In this document: one piece after another, positions 19,521 to 29,081 of the stretch
Position numbering within the stretch: position 1 is the first letter of the stretch
Layout of the letters: every line of letters starts with the position of its first letter
Source: Rhodoluna sp.
Lineage (GTDB): Bacteria > Actinomycetota > Actinomycetes > Actinomycetales > Microbacteriaceae
Length of the DNA stretch: 64,000 nucleotides
Direction: 5' to 3'
Assembly (NCBI GenBank): GCA_044338605.1
Contig: JBIIXB010000001.1
Span: 50,205 to 114,204, forward strand
Position numbers and translations under genes: made by a program
The notes under the pieces: model-generated
Database searches by the model: none
Seen by the model: the letters and a program-made list of their open reading frames with translations, nothing else
What the model was told of the DNA's origin: nothing

Positions 19521-21643
19521 TGAAACTTGATCACTTCTCTGAGCTGTGGTCAAATACCGATGAGGTAATCACTCATTCGTATGTTCAGGATGTAAAGCTT
19601 CCCTCCGGAAAAGTCCTTGCCCTTATCACTCTCGATAACAACAAGGATCACACCAGACCTTCCACTCTTGGCCCACTGACCCTAAAAGAATTTTCCGAGA
19701 CTCTCGAGGTTCAAGAGCAGCGTGCGAAAAAAGGCGAGATACATGGTTTGGCTGTAACCGGCAAGCCATATTTCTTAGCTGCTGGAGCAGACTTATCCAA
19801 AGTAGGTTCAATCCCATCAACGCGCGCCGGAAGACTCGTAGTTGAACTTGGCCACTTTGCACTCGGCAAACTTGGAAGCTTCCCTGTTCCCACATTTGTG
19901 TTTATAAACGGTCTGGCTCTTGGTGGTGGGTTAGAGATTGCTCTAAACGCTAACTACCGAACTGTTAACTCCGCAGCTCCTGCAATTGCCCTGCCTGAAG
20001 TTTTTCTTGGGCTGCTTCCTGGTTGGGGAGGGGCGTACTTGCTTCCAAATCTGATTGGAATCAGAAATGCGCTCAAAGTTGTTATTGAAAATCCCTTGAA
20101 GCAAAACCGCATGCTGAGTCCGAAAGATGCTCTAAAGCTTGGAATTGCAGATGTCATGTTTGACCCTCAGAGGTTTATTGAAGACTCAGTGGTTTGGGCG
20201 GACAAGGTTCTTTCTGGAAAGAAAGTCTCTCGCCCAAACAAGCCAGGTCTTTTCGAACGCTTAGTTATCTGGGGACCGGCTGTTTCAATCGCCAGAAAAA
20301 TGGTAAGGCAAAACATCGGCTCCGTTCCACTTGCTCCCTACGCTGCCCTGGATCTTTTGGATAAGGCAAAGTTCAGCTCCAAAGAGCAGGGCTTTGCACG
20401 CGAGGATGAAGAACTAGAAAAACTGATTGCTTCGGATCAGTTCCGTGCGAGTATCTATGCCTTTAACCTGGTTCAAAAGCACGCGAAGAACCCTCAGGGT
20501 GCACCAGATCCAAAGCTTGCAATCAAGGTGCAAAAAGTCGGTGTTGTTGGGGCCGGTCTGATGGCTAGCCAGTTCGCACTTCTATTCCTGAGAAGACTTC
20601 AGGTGCCGGTAGTAATCACCGATGTTTCTCAAGATCGTGTTGACAAAGGCCTTGCTTACTGCCGTGCAGAACTAGACAAGCTAGTTGAAAAGGGCCGGCT
20701 GTCTGTTGACGACCGCAATCGATACAGCGCAAATCTAAGTGGAACGCTAGATCTGAATGACTTTGCGAACTGCGACTGGGTTATTGAAGCAGTCTTTGAA
20801 GAGCTCAAGGTTAAACACGATGTATTTACACGAGTGGAAGCTGTGGTTCGCCCAGATGCCATTTTGGCTACCAACACCTCTTCTTTGTCGGTCGATGAAA
20901 TCGGGAAGGTCCTCAAACACCCTGAGCGTCTAGTTGGTTTCCACTTCTTCAACCCAGTAGCGGTCATGCCACTACTTGAGGTTGTGAAGGCAGCAAAGAG
21001 CAACGATGTCTCGGTTGCAACCGCGATGCGGGTTGCCAAGGATCTAAAGAAGACCGCGGTCATTACTTCCGACAGCACCGGTTTCGTGGTGAACAGATTA
21101 CTTGGATATCTTCTTGGCGAAGCCATGAAGGCTGTTGACGAAGGAATTCCGTTCGAAGAGGTAGCCGACGCAATTGCACCTCTTGGATTGCCGATGAACC
21201 CATTCGATCTTCTCGAGCTTGTTGGCCTTCAGGTTGGAGCGCACGTTCTGGATTCGATGTATGGCTTCGCACCAGAGCGTTTTTACAAAACCAACTCGCT
21301 GCATCAGCTAGCCAAGCTAGGCCGCATTAGAACCAAGGACGCGAAGGGCAACAAGACTGGCTATGACCCAGAGGCCATCAAAATTGTTTCTGGCGGAACA
21401 AGAACTAGAACTAAAGACCAAATCTTTGATGACCTAATTGTTGGACTCACTAAAGAAATCAAGCTCATGCTTGATGAGAAGGTAGTTTCCAGTGCTGAGG
21501 ATATTGATTTGTGCATGATCATGGGTGCCGCCTGGCCATTCCACCTTGGTGGAATCACACCTTACCTAGATCGAATTGGTGCTTCTCAGAAAGTCTTTGG
21601 AGCTACTTTTCACAACCCACCAATTAGGGGAGTTCGTAGCTAG
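19520..21643 (+). CDS. fadB: Enoyl-CoA hydratase / 3-hydroxyacyl-CoA dehydrogenase
   Basis: ATG 19520 overlaps thiolase stop; GGGLE, GAGLMA, IEAVFE, TNTSSL, HFFNP. Confidence 0.9.
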   Translation: MKLDHFSELWSNTDEVITHSYVQDVKLPSGKVLALITLDNNKDHTRPSTLGPLTLKEFSETLEVQEQRAKKGEIHGLAVTGKPYFLAAGADLSKVGSIPSTRAGRLVVELGHFALGKLGSFPVPTFVFINGLALGGGLEIALNANYRTVNSAAPAIALPEVFLGLLPGWGGAYLLPNLIGIRNALKVVIENPLKQNRMLSPKDALKLGIADVMFDPQRFIEDSVVWADKVLSGKKVSRPNKPGLFERLVIWGPAVSIARKMVRQNIGSVPLAPYAALDLLDKAKFSSKEQGFAREDEELEKLIASDQFRASIYAFNLVQKHAKNPQGAPDPKLAIKVQKVGVVGAGLMASQFALLFLRRLQVPVVITDVSQDRVDKGLAYCRAELDKLVEKGRLSVDDRNRYSANLSGTLDLNDFANCDWVIEAVFEELKVKHDVFTRVEAVVRPDAILATNTSSLSVDEIGKVLKHPERLVGFHFFNPVAVMPLLEVVKAAKSNDVSVATAMRVAKDLKKTAVITSDSTGFVVNRLLGYLLGEAMKAVDEGIPFEEVADAIAPLGLPMNPFDLLELVGLQVGAHVLDSMYGFAPERFYKTNSLHQLAKLGRIRTKDAKGNKTGYDPEAIKIVSGGTRTRTKDQIFDDLIVGLTKEIKLMLDEKVVSSAEDIDLCMIMGAAWPFHLGGITPYLDRIGASQKVFGATFHNPPIRGVRS

Positions 21644-22839
21644 ATTTCAAATTTAGTTCTATAGCTTTGGATTAAAGGCCTCATACCTATTCCACAAACC
21701 CCAACCAACTCGCCTTCGCGATAGTACTCAAATACACATTCACCGGAAATCTCTCCCGATACAAGCTTGCTCTCATCGGCAAGATACGTCATGCCAAAAG
21801 ACAAGATGTTCATCTCATACTGATCCGACCAAAATGACGGGAGCGGCCCAAAGGGTTTGGCAATAACTTCTTTGGCGTTGTCACCTTCTTGAGATGCCAC
21901 AATCACCTCGGCTGCGCGCTTTGCGGTTTCGCTTGGTAGGTTCCAGTGTTCGACACGCCTAGGGATCTCATCAAATAGTGAATTCGGGTATCTTGCAACG
22001 TCGCCAATAGCAAAAACATTTTGTAAAGCGTTCCCTGATTCTTCGATAGCTCGCATTGCAGAGTCCACCAAAACACCATCATCTATATCGATCCCTGAAT
22101 CGATAAGCCATTCAGTATTGGCAATTGATCCAATAGCCACAACCAATACATCAGTGTCATAAATTACACCGGAATCTAGAATTACTCTCTCCAAGACCCC
22201 ATCACCTATAAGCCCAAACACGGACGCTCCGCTGACGAACTCCACGCCTTTTTCGATGTGTCGCTTTTTTATCTCAGCTGAAAGTGTTTTTCCGAGAGCG
22301 TGCTCAATTGGTTCGCGGTGGCGCGAAACTACTCTTACCTCGCACCCCTTCTTTATTGCCGTGGCAGCAACCTCACATCCGATGAATCCCGCACCCAGAA
22401 TTAGAACTCTCGCACCTTCGGTTAGAACTCCTCGAAGGCTTATTGCATCATCAATTGTTCTTAGAACGTGAATTCCCGAAATACCATTTGAGTCAACCGG
22501 CAACGGTTTCGGTCTAAGGCCTGTAGCAATTACCAAATAGGAGTAGGGATGTTTTGTGCCAGAAAGATCGGTTACAACTTGGGCCTTAGTATCCACACTT
22601 GAAGCGGCAGTATTTAGCACCCATTCAACATCCGAAATCGAATCTTTAAGGGGGAACAAAACCTCATCAATGCCCGAATCAGTAGATAGCAAATCTTTAG
22701 AAAGTGGCGGGCGGTTATAGGGAAGATGAGGCTCGTCACCAATAATCTTTATTGGCCCTAGATATTTATTTCGCCTTAGAGCCTCAGCGCATCTCAGACC
22801 AGCTAAAGATGCACCGACAATAACTACAGGCTCGCCCAA
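21640..22839 (-). CDS. Ferredoxin reductase (FAD/NADH)
   Basis: GASLAG, PYNRPPLSK, GAGFIGCE, GDVA, FWSDQY. Confidence 0.9.
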   Translation of the reverse strand: MGEPVVIVGASLAGLRCAEALRRNKYLGPIKIIGDEPHLPYNRPPLSKDLLSTDSGIDEVLFPLKDSISDVEWVLNTAASSVDTKAQVVTDLSGTKHPYSYLVIATGLRPKPLPVDSNGISGIHVLRTIDDAISLRGVLTEGARVLILGAGFIGCEVAATAIKKGCEVRVVSRHREPIEHALGKTLSAEIKKRHIEKGVEFVSGASVFGLIGDGVLERVILDSGVIYDTDVLVVAIGSIANTEWLIDSGIDIDDGVLVDSAMRAIEESGNALQNVFAIGDVARYPNSLFDEIPRRVEHWNLPSETAKRAAEVIVASQEGDNAKEVIAKPFGPLPSFWSDQYEMNILSFGMTYLADESKLVSGEISGECVFEYYREGELVGVCGIGMRPLIQSYRTKFEI

Positions 22840-22840
22840 T

Positions 22841-23032
22841 TTACGAAACTATGCGAATAGCCTGCATAGGGCAAATGTCTACAGCCGCTTCCACGTTGTC
22901 AAGCTCGGAATCTTCTACCTCGCCGACATACTCCAGTTTGTCTTCTTCGTTGAGCTTGAAAACCTTAGGAGCCTCAAAAACGCACTGTCCATAGTGCTGG
23001 CACTTAGTCATGTCAACTTCAACCTTGATCAT
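22841..23032 (-). CDS. Ferredoxin, 3Fe-4S type (CxxYxxC...CP)
   Basis: CQHYGQC...ICPMQAI. Confidence 0.9.
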   Translation of the reverse strand: MIKVEVDMTKCQHYGQCVFEAPKVFKLNEEDKLEYVGEVEDSELDNVEAAVDICPMQAIRIVS

Positions 23033-23907
23033 TTTTTCTCCTCGATTCTTGAAGGGTAAAGGTCTTTTGATGGTGTGCGTATCCCTCTGAACTCCCAGTC
23101 CCCGCCTAGAGCCGTGGAGACCACTTCTTCGCTTTCCGTTGGCTGAGCGCCAACATCTGATCGAATCGGTGCAGGGCCATGAACAATTAGGTTGCTGAGT
23201 CGACCAAGTCCTTCGACTTCGACGTCAACGACATCGCCTGGCTTTACTGGGCGAGAGTTTGCTGGTGTCCCTGTGAAGATCATGTCCCCCGGCACCAAAG
23301 TAATTGTTCTGGCAAGATCGGCAACGAGATAGTTCATATCCCATTCCATGTTCTTGGTGTTGTCTTCTTGCTTTAGTTCACCATTTACATAGGTTCGAAT
23401 GTATTTGTTACGGAAATCCCAGTCGGTGACCATACCAGGGCCAACTGGCGCAAGAGTGTCTGCTCCCTTGACTCGGAGCATTGAGCCGGCATCAGTGTCT
23501 CTAAAGTCATGAAGGCCGTAATCATTGCCAACAGAGTAACCAGCTATGTACTCGGATGCCTCGTCGGGAGAAATGTTCTTGCAAGTCTTTCCAATAATGA
23601 TAACTATCTCGCCTTCATAGTTCAGCCAGTTACAGCGCTCAGGTCTTACGACGTGTCCGTTATGGGAATTCAAGGCGGTGATTGGCTTATGGAAGTAAGT
23701 CGGAGCATCCGGCAGCTTGGTCATAAACTCGTCACTTCGAGACCGGTAATTTAGGTGCACCGCAAGAATTTTGGTTGGCTCAGAAGGCGCTAAGTGAATC
23801 GCTTCAGCGATCTTTATTCGGCGGCCATCGGCAGCCACAAGCTCCTCGCCTTCGCGAATTACTTGAACGGCTGCACCCTCGAGCAGAATTCTTCTAAATT
23901 CAGTCAC
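23029..23907 (-). CDS. Fumarylacetoacetate-hydrolase family protein (HpaG-like)
   Basis: Start moved to GTG 23907 (MTEFRRILL); HLNY, FHKP, NYEGE, GDMIFTGTP. Confidence 0.88.
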   Translation of the reverse strand: MTEFRRILLEGAAVQVIREGEELVAADGRRIKIAEAIHLAPSEPTKILAVHLNYRSRSDEFMTKLPDAPTYFHKPITALNSHNGHVVRPERCNWLNYEGEIVIIIGKTCKNISPDEASEYIAGYSVGNDYGLHDFRDTDAGSMLRVKGADTLAPVGPGMVTDWDFRNKYIRTYVNGELKQEDNTKNMEWDMNYLVADLARTITLVPGDMIFTGTPANSRPVKPGDVVDVEVEGLGRLSNLIVHGPAPIRSDVGAQPTESEEVVSTALGGDWEFRGIRTPSKDLYPSRIEEKK

Positions 23908-24808
23908 GGGATAGAACCAGGTCCTTAGGTCTTGGGAAGCCGCCTTCAGGCTCAGGGAAATATACGTGAACCTGTCCTGTGCCAATGGAGTTTTCGTATT
24001 CGGAGTACATAACGCCCTTAGCGGTGTTATCGCCCTCACCGGTTGCGCCAGCCATAGTCAACCAATGGCTGAAGTTTGCCTCAGGCTTGAACTTCTTGAA
24101 ATCATCCATGGTATCCAAGATTCGAGCATGGTCACCCTGCTTCATCCATTCAATACGCTCAAGATCGGCAAGACGCGCACCTTCCGAATAGATGTGGCTA
24201 GGGTCGGATGACTCGTGCTTACGAAGCTCGCGAAGTTTGTAGAAAGTGTGGGAAAGCGCACCGGAAGCTAGAAGCAGAACCTTGCGATCGGTGTAGCGAA
24301 TTGCTTCCCCAAGTGCCCGACCGGCACGCAGGAAATCCTCAGCTGTTGCGGTCTGGCAGACAGAAATAGACACCCACTTCTTGTCGAGACCACGACCCAG
24401 GTAGTGCCACAGGTTTACGGTTGCGTAAAAAATTGGAAGATGCGGATCACTAATTGGTGTAATCCAGGTTCCGTTCTTTTCATCGTATTTCGCAGCGGCC
24501 ATGGCAAGCTCCGGATCACCTTTGAACGCATAGGGAACCTGAGACATACCTCTAGGTAGCTCTTCGGAAGTGAACAAACCAGAGCGTTCCGCTTGAGCTG
24601 TTATAACAAATTCAACAGTGGTGGCCCAGTGACTGTCTAACACAACCACTGTGTCGTAATCCAAGGTCTCCATTACTTCTTTGCGAAATTTCTTTAGGCC
24701 TGGTACCAAGCTAATCTCTTTGCCATCATTTAGGTCATAGCGAACTTTCTCGGGCAGCATGATTGTTGGTACGTGAGCCAAAATTGCAGCCCCAACTACT
24801 TTTCCCAT
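23900..24808 (-). CDS. LigB-family extradiol ring-cleavage dioxygenase (HpaD-like)
   Basis: AHVPT, LDSHW, ASGALSH, YENSIGTGQ resemble the E. coli HpaD pattern. Confidence 0.85.
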   Translation of the reverse strand: MGKVVGAAILAHVPTIMLPEKVRYDLNDGKEISLVPGLKKFRKEVMETLDYDTVVVLDSHWATTVEFVITAQAERSGLFTSEELPRGMSQVPYAFKGDPELAMAAAKYDEKNGTWITPISDPHLPIFYATVNLWHYLGRGLDKKWVSISVCQTATAEDFLRAGRALGEAIRYTDRKVLLLASGALSHTFYKLRELRKHESSDPSHIYSEGARLADLERIEWMKQGDHARILDTMDDFKKFKPEANFSHWLTMAGATGEGDNTAKGVMYSEYENSIGTGQVHVYFPEPEGGFPRPKDLVLSRD

Positions 24809-24811
24809 TTC

Positions 24812-26278
24812 TTATTCCTTCCATCCATTAGGTGAAATTACTGTGTTCTTTACATCTGCATAAAAATCAAAGGACCAATTGCCACCCTCGCGGCCGATTC
24901 CGGATTTCTTGGAGCCACCGAAAGGAGCCTTTAGGTCTCGAACAAAGAAGCAGTTCACCCAAATGGTCCCAGCAACAACCTCATCAGCAATTCGTTTTGC
25001 GTGCTCACGATTACCGGAAACAATAACAGCGGCCAAGCCAAACTCGGTGTTGTTTGCCATCTCAATCAACTGCTCGTCTGTTGTGAAAGTCTGCATCGTG
25101 AGGACTGGTCCAAATATTTCGGAGGTCACGATTTCAGAGCCTAGTGGAGGGTTAGCAATCAGTGTTGGTCGGAAAAACAACCCACCTAATTCACTGTTTG
25201 GCTCCCCACCCATAACGACCTTGAGCCCTTCCTTCTTGGCGCGGTCTACGAACCCCTTGATTCTTTCAAAATGAACAGGGTGGATCTGGGGTCCGATGTC
25301 GGTAGCAGGGTCTCTGGGGTCACCTTGTTTGAGAGCTGAGGCTTTTTCCTGAAATTTCTTAGAGAACTCCTCGGCAACCGATTCATGCACCAGCAATCTG
25401 GTTCCAGACAGACAAACCTGGCCTGCGTTATCGTACTGCTCAATCGCTAGCGTCGCGGCGAGATCAAGATCTGCATCATGCATCACAATTGTTGGTGACT
25501 TACCCCCAAGCTCGAAAGAAACAGGTGTTAGGTTATCCGCGGCTGCGTGTGCAATCTTTTTGGCAGTGGGAACAGAGCCAGTAAATGAGATTCTTGAGAT
25601 ACCTGGGTGGGAAACCAGTGCGTTACCTACCTCAGCTCCAAGACCTTGCACTACATTAAACACCCCAGCTGGAAAACCAGCTTTTACTGTTAGGTCTGCG
25701 AAGAATGAAGCAGACAGTGGTGTCCACTCCGCAGGCTTCAGAACAACTGTGTCTCCAGCAGCTAATGCAGGACCAATTTTCCAGGTTGCAAGCATAAGCG
25801 GTGCATTCCAGGGTGTGATCAACACCGCAACACCTGAAGGGTCCCAGGAAATATTGTTGGTATGTCCCCGTGTTTCCCAACTGTCATGATGCAGATCATT
25901 GATTGCCCATTCGGCAAAGAATCGAAGGTTTAGAGCAACTCTCGGCATAACTCCACGAATGTGAGATCTAAGCAATGATCCGTTGTCTAGAGTTTCAAGA
26001 TTGGCTAGTGGCTCAAGATTTTCTTCCACCAAATCAGCTAATCGGTGAAGTAGTTCACCGCGCTTTTTAGGTCCCATTTTTGACCACTCGGGGAAAGCAC
26101 CGCGAGCTGCCGCTACCGCTAAGTCAGCCTCGTGCTGCCCACCTCTAGAAATCTTCGCAAGCAAAGTGCCATCGATTGGAGAAAAATCGTCCAGCGTATC
26201 GGAAGAAGCTATTCGCTTGCCACCGATGAAGTGACGGGTGTCTACCGTAAGGCCCGCCAGCTGAACAGTTTCAGTCAC
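24812..26278 (-). CDS. Aldehyde dehydrogenase (HpaE / hydroxymuconic-semialdehyde type)
   Basis: ITPWNAP, FELGGKSP, GQVCLSG, EIFGPV, WVNCFFVRDLKAPFGGSKKSGIGREGG. Confidence 0.88.
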   Translation of the reverse strand: MTETVQLAGLTVDTRHFIGGKRIASSDTLDDFSPIDGTLLAKISRGGQHEADLAVAAARGAFPEWSKMGPKKRGELLHRLADLVEENLEPLANLETLDNGSLLRSHIRGVMPRVALNLRFFAEWAINDLHHDSWETRGHTNNISWDPSGVAVLITPWNAPLMLATWKIGPALAAGDTVVLKPAEWTPLSASFFADLTVKAGFPAGVFNVVQGLGAEVGNALVSHPGISRISFTGSVPTAKKIAHAAADNLTPVSFELGGKSPTIVMHDADLDLAATLAIEQYDNAGQVCLSGTRLLVHESVAEEFSKKFQEKASALKQGDPRDPATDIGPQIHPVHFERIKGFVDRAKKEGLKVVMGGEPNSELGGLFFRPTLIANPPLGSEIVTSEIFGPVLTMQTFTTDEQLIEMANNTEFGLAAVIVSGNREHAKRIADEVVAGTIWVNCFFVRDLKAPFGGSKKSGIGREGGNWSFDFYADVKNTVISPNGWKE

Positions 26279-26294
26279 AATTGCCCCTTTGCAA

Positions 26295-26314
26295 TTCGTT
26301 CGGATACTAACAAT
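26295..26314. promoter_or_regulatory. Putative MarR operator 1 (TTCGTTCGGATACTAACAAT)
   Basis: Matches the shared 20-bp palindrome; just upstream of the ALDH-dioxygenase operon. Confidence 0.65.
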
Positions 26315-26370
26315 ACAATAAACTACCCGCAGCCCTTAGGCCAACAGCAATTTGTAACGATCCGGTGACT

Positions 26371-26871
26371 CTAGTCCTGGGACTCGGTAAAGGAAGTTAT
26401 TTTCCTGAGCGCTATTGTCAATTCCCTTTTTTCAGCCTTGTTAAACCCACTCAGAACCTTCTGCTCGTGGGCGTTGAAATCGGGAAAAAGCTTCTTCATG
26501 AGATTTCTACCCTTTGGGGTCAAGGTAACAATCACCAATCGTTTATCCCCAGAACCAGGGTCTCTCTTGAGGTAACCCTTGCCTTCAAGGGTTTGCAATA
26601 CACCCGTAAGGGTAGCCTTCGAAAAGCCACCTTCTTGAGCGATAACCCTTGTTTCTATGGGCTCCCAAATCCATGACACCCAAAGCACAACAAAACCAGT
26701 CCAGGAAAGCCCATGAGGAGCAAGTACAGTCCTCTCCAAGTAGTTCCTAGTGGCATTGGCAGCGCGGAAGATGTTACTTACTGCAGCCATGGAGTCAAAG
26801 TCCAAGGTCATGCCCGAGAGCTTGTTTTCGACCTGCCGCTCCGTCTCATTGAGGGTGTGAGCTCCAGACAT
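26371..26871 (-). CDS. MarR family transcriptional regulator
   Basis: GLSWTGFVVL, SKATLTGVLQTLEGKGYLKR, DKRLVIVTLTPKG. Confidence 0.92.
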   Translation of the reverse strand: MSGAHTLNETERQVENKLSGMTLDFDSMAAVSNIFRAANATRNYLERTVLAPHGLSWTGFVVLWVSWIWEPIETRVIAQEGGFSKATLTGVLQTLEGKGYLKRDPGSGDKRLVIVTLTPKGRNLMKKLFPDFNAHEQKVLSGFNKAEKRELTIALRKITSFTESQD

Positions 26872-26982
26872 CAAATTCTCCGCATCGTTATTAGCTATCT
26901 AGCTACGACAATAGCCGAGCAAGAGAAAGTTTTGCTCGTTACTTTTGGGTAATTTGTTTCAAAAGCTCAGCGCAATGTGTAG

Positions 26983-27002
26983 ATTATTAGCGTCCAAACA
27001 AT
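26983..27002. promoter_or_regulatory. Putative MarR operator 2 (ATTATTAGCGTCCAAACAAT)
   Basis: Between divergent marR and P450. Confidence 0.65.
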
Positions 27003-27025
27003 CTCTACTGAGAGTGAGCTCAACG

Positions 27026-28261
27026 ATGAGTTATAACTTTGCCGACCTTGATCTTTTCTCCAAAGGTGCCCCGTGGGATGCGTTTGCTGATGTGAGGGCT
27101 ACCGGAAAGCCACACTTTTCTGAAGAGGCTGCTCCCAACCATGGGTTTTGGTCAATCATGCGATACAACGACATTGTCAAAGTTTTGCGTGACTCCGAAA
27201 CTTTTACTTCAGAGCGATTCACAAACCTTGAAGAAGTTGACGCTGAACAAGAACAAGCTCGACGATCACTTCTTGAAACCGATGGACTTCGCCACCGTGC
27301 TCTAAGAAGAATGCTCCAAGGTGAATTCACTCCACAAGCGGTGAGTAAGTACGAGTCATTTCTAAGGGGACTAACTGCAACAACACTCGATAATGCATTT
27401 GCCAAAGGCGAATTTGATTTCGTGGAAGATGTCAGCGCAGACTTCCCAATCCGAGTCCTGGCTCGAATACTAGACGTTCCGGATGAAGACACTGGTCAAC
27501 TAATTGACTGGGGAAACCGAATGATTGGTAACACCGACCCTGAGCACGCAGACGTATTAATGGAGGATCCAGAGTCGGAAAAGTATCGACTCGTTCCATT
27601 TAGGTCACCTGCCGCACTAGAGGTTTTCGCATACGGCCAGGCGCTAGCCGCTGAGCGTAGAGGCAAGGGTCGAAAAGATCTGGTTTCAGTTTTGGCAGAT
27701 GGAGTTCCATCAGATGGCATTCCAATGTCTGAACGAGACTTCAACACAAACTTCTTACTCTTGGTTGTTGCTGGAAACGAAACCACTCGCCACACGATTT
27801 CTCACACAATGAACAATCTGATAAAGAATCCAGATCAGCTTGCATTACTTCAGGAGAAACCAGAATTGATTCCTTGGGCAGTCGAAGAATTCCTCAGGTT
27901 TGCGTCACCGGTTTATCACTTCCGCAGGACAACCACCAAGGATGTTGAGATCAACGGTGTGAAAATCAAGGAGGGCCAGAAGGTACTGCCTTGGTTTGCA
28001 TCGGGAAACAGAGACTCAGAAATATTCTCTGACCCAAACAAAATGGATGTCACCAGAAACCCAAATGAGCACATGACCTTTGGTCGCGGCGGACCTCACA
28101 TGTGCCTTGGCAATGCTCTGGCACGAATCGAAATGCGGATTATGTTTGAAGACTTAATTTCCAGAATTGACCGCGTGGAGTTAACTGGACAAATTGACTA
28201 CCTGAGATCAAACTTTGTGCACGGCATAAAGAGAATGCCGGTCAAGGTACATCTCAGATAA
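27026..28261 (+). CDS. Cytochrome P450
   Basis: Start moved to ATG 27026; AGNETT I-helix, EEFLR (ExxR), FGRGGPHMCLG heme motif. Confidence 0.95.
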   Translation: MSYNFADLDLFSKGAPWDAFADVRATGKPHFSEEAAPNHGFWSIMRYNDIVKVLRDSETFTSERFTNLEEVDAEQEQARRSLLETDGLRHRALRRMLQGEFTPQAVSKYESFLRGLTATTLDNAFAKGEFDFVEDVSADFPIRVLARILDVPDEDTGQLIDWGNRMIGNTDPEHADVLMEDPESEKYRLVPFRSPAALEVFAYGQALAAERRGKGRKDLVSVLADGVPSDGIPMSERDFNTNFLLLVVAGNETTRHTISHTMNNLIKNPDQLALLQEKPELIPWAVEEFLRFASPVYHFRRTTTKDVEINGVKIKEGQKVLPWFASGNRDSEIFSDPNKMDVTRNPNEHMTFGRGGPHMCLGNALARIEMRIMFEDLISRIDRVELTGQIDYLRSNFVHGIKRMPVKVHLR

Positions 28262-28961
28262 GCTTGGCAACTTTCGAAAGAAAGTTATCAACTAATTCAA
28301 ATGTCCTTTGTTTAGCAGCCTCGTTTTCGGCGATTGTCTGCCTCATCATGACACTTGGGTCTTGGCCATCCTCTTCGACTTTTTTTGCTCCACCCCAGTC
28401 AAGCCAACCTTTTAGGCCAGCGGAATCGAGTTCCGGGTGAAATTGGACGCCTAAAGTTTTATTCACAACAAAAGCTTGTGAGGAAACAGGGTTGCGTGCA
28501 ATTTCTTTGACGCCGGCTGGCAGCAACCATTGGTCGTAGTGAAATTGGAACCATGGACCGTTTGAAACAAGCCCGGGTTCTTCAGACCAAATGTAGGTCC
28601 AGCCGATTTCTGGCTTAGGTGCCCTAGTAACGGAGCCGCCAAGTGCTCTTGCAACCAGCTGTCCACCAAAGCAAATCCCTAGAACAGGCTTGTTCGACTC
28701 AACGGCATTTTTGATCCACGCCAACTCTGGTTGCAGCCAGTTACCAATACAGGCGTCATCCCAAGCGCCCCAGGGCGCCCCAAGGGGAATTATCAGGTCG
28801 TAATCATCTATGTCTGGAAACTCGAAGGCAACGTTGGGGTTTTCAAAGCTGTCCTCAGGCACTACAAGCCGAGTCTCTATCTCAAACCCATGTTGGGCCA
28901 GTCTCTCACCAACAGGTCCAATAGGGCTGACGTGATCGTGCTGAATGAATAGCGCCTTCAA
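28254..28961 (-). CDS. Class I glutamine amidotransferase-like hydrolase
   Basis: GICFGGQ nucleophile elbow, QFHPE. Confidence 0.9.
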   Translation of the reverse strand: MKALFIQHDHVSPIGPVGERLAQHGFEIETRLVVPEDSFENPNVAFEFPDIDDYDLIIPLGAPWGAWDDACIGNWLQPELAWIKNAVESNKPVLGICFGGQLVARALGGSVTRAPKPEIGWTYIWSEEPGLVSNGPWFQFHYDQWLLPAGVKEIARNPVSSQAFVVNKTLGVQFHPELDSAGLKGWLDWGGAKKVEEDGQDPSVMMRQTIAENEAAKQRTFELVDNFLSKVAKLI

Positions 28962-29026
28962 AATCAGACTCCCAAAAACAACGTTGAATTAAACACTTCC
29001 GACTTTATGCTGGATGGCTCTAGTAT

Positions 29027-29046
29027 CTCATTAGATACCAAACGAT
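29027..29046. promoter_or_regulatory. Putative MarR operator 3 (CTCATTAGATACCAAACGAT)
   Basis: Between divergent GATase and GS-like genes. Confidence 0.6.
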
Positions 29047-29081
29047 TCTATAAACCTATCTTTGCCACAAAGGAGTAGCAA

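Noticed and set aside
20656-21126. Long antisense ORFs (also 27031-27492, 24879-25274, 59795-60196 and others)
   Set aside because: Shadow frames of well-supported genes; no motifs or RBS
23908-24039. Extended N-terminus of the FAH ORF (similarly fadB 19451, P450 26945, hutG 35539)
   Set aside because: These extensions overlap neighbouring genes or promoter/operator DNA; downstream starts fit better
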